A program made the position numbers and the translations under genes. A DNA stretch of 62,053 nt, the filler included, from Stramenopiles sp. TOSAG23-6 (Eukaryota): assembly GCA_900128565.1 (NCBI GenBank). It is 23 parts of 23 records of this genome, joined end to end, with 100 filler letters (N's around TTAATTAATTAA, not from the genome) between each part and the next. Parts side by side here need not be neighbours in the genome. Positions count along the whole stretch, not along the records: positions 59,464 to 62,053 come from LT637934.1; 22 more parts are not named here. One strand, 5' to 3'. Positions within the stretch are counted from its first letter, which is position 1; each line of letters begins with the position of its first letter. The notes beneath the pieces were generated by a model. That model saw only the letters and a list, made by a program, of their open reading frames with translations, had not been told where the DNA came from and did no database searches. This document shows positions 60,892-62,053 of this stretch, piece by piece.

Positions 60892-62053
60892 TTATTTAGT
60901 GGCGCTAGATTTAGAAAAAAACCCGGTACCCGCCTTGTAATTAGACACTGAGAAGGCCTCGAGGTCTTCATGATAATTAGGGGTAGGGTAGGGTTTAGGG
61001 TCTTCAGGATCATGAAGGGGCTGTTCTTCCTGCCTTTTCAATGAAACAGCAATTGCAATTGGATTTTTTGTTTGAGGCATTTCTCTTTCTTTTTCATCAT
61101 ATGCTACTTCACACGCTTTTGTACTACTCTTGATTATTTCTGTTTCCTTTTCTCCTTTTGGAGATTTCTGAAGCTCATTTTCTCCTTTTGAAGATTTCTG
61201 AAGTTCCTTTTCTCCTTTTGAAGATTTCTGAAGTTCCTTTTTCTTTTTGTGTAGACTTAAACATAAATTAATTTTATGTTTTCTTATTTGTTGTTCTTCA
61301 TATGACCCACCAACATTCAAATCTACCCATACATTCATTTCATCTAACCGCCTTCCATATTTTAAATATTCTCCTACATCATTTTGTACCTTGACAAGAT
61401 TGACATCTTTATATGATATTACATAACCATTTAGGGCGTCGGAATCTTTTCCCTTTTCAAGTTTTAATAAAGATATTGTAAGATTTTGATTTGGCATACC
61501 CAGTGTATCATATTCAAATTCATATACCCTGGCATTTAAATTCACAGAGTTTGGATCTATCATAGGTGTTATAAACATTTGATGGTTACATTCAAGCTTT
61601 ACAGTGTAATCATACATCATATCATCTGAAATATCTTTTGAAATACCATTCACTTGAATAATCTTAACTTTTAGGAAATGCTCACCGTCAATTCTGTGAA
61701 TTTGTTTTACTCGACCACCATCTGTCCATTTTCCCAAAACTACGAAAGCTAAAAAATCTAGAAATATGGAACCAAGAACAAGCAAACTCATAGTACCAAC
61801 AATAGTAGCTATACAAGCATCATAATTGTATGATCCAGACTCACCAACTACACTAAACTGTATAAGAATTCCATTATATTTCATACTAAAATATGAGCCT
61901 TTTTTTTTTCCTTCATCATAGTCTTGCCCATAATCAGTATCAGTAATATCATCATGATCCACCGCACCTGCATGAGCCTGATGCACATGAATGTTTCCCA
62001 AAATACTTTGTGCTGATATTGTGTAATGATAATCACCTATGAAGCCATATGCA
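60892..62053 (-). CDS. P2X-receptor-like channel (TM2 region) with a C-terminal C2-like domain, 5' truncated
   Basis: GILIQFSVVGESGSYNY..IATIVGTMSLLVLGSIFLDFLA matches the P2X pre-TM2/TM2 pattern. LKVKIIQVNGI..YTVKLEC..LTISL resembles C2. Confidence 0.65.
   Translation of the reverse strand, partial: AYGFIGDYHYTISAQSILGNIHVHQAHAGAVDHDDITDTDYGQDYDEGKKKGSYFSMKYNGILIQFSVVGESGSYNYDACIATIVGTMSLLVLGSIFLDFLAFVVLGKWTDGGRVKQIHRIDGEHFLKVKIIQVNGISKDISDDMMYDYTVKLECNHQMFITPMIDPNSVNLNARVYEFEYDTLGMPNQNLTISLLKLEKGKDSDALNGYVISYKDVNLVKVQNDVGEYLKYGRRLDEMNVWVDLNVGGSYEEQQIRKHKINLCLSLHKKKKELQKSSKGEKELQKSSKGENELQKSPKGEKETEIIKSSTKACEVAYDEKEREMPQTKNPIAIAVSLKRQEEQPLHDPEDPKPYPTPNYHEDLEAFSVSNYKAGTGFFSKSSATK

Overview
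This is not a continuous locus. It is 23 AT-rich eukaryotic contigs of about 2.6 kb each, joined by artificial N-TTAATTAATTAA-N linkers. Gene content (DAW1, a flagellar Ca-binding-like protein, MACPF, P2X, Kir, CLC, TTAGGG-type repeats) fits a flagellated protist; finer taxonomy is not determinable from this window. Two contigs occur twice as allele-like copies, one contig has a fold-back, and two joins look chimeric. The main discovery is one repetitive family of ~85-200 nt introns that interrupts many of the genes, with consensus GTAYGTTT..TTCGTACGAAATTTTGTACCTAAC..TTTGAAATATTTTTCCAAAATAC-NN. Members have a U2-like 5' end and a strong CCTAAC branch point but usually lack a 3' AG. Restoring reading frames in conserved proteins (ValRS, DAW1, CLC, TauD-like, SAP domain, TPR-methyltransferase) puts the 3' end at AT in 23 of 32 complete copies counted by hand, TT in 4, AG in 4 and TG in 1. 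Nearby AGs would frameshift the protein. Three copies begin with AT instead of GT. Short terminal inverted repeats and frequent 2-bp flanking duplications suggest an introner-type mobile element paired with AG-independent 3' splice-site selection. Two ordinary short GT-AG introns coexist with the family. Secondary observations are telomere-type hexamers inside exons, a Tgs1-like methyltransferase/RNA triphosphatase fusion, a Kir/CLIC-GST-N fusion and a P2X/C2-like fusion. All splicing is inferred from DNA; there is no transcript evidence here.
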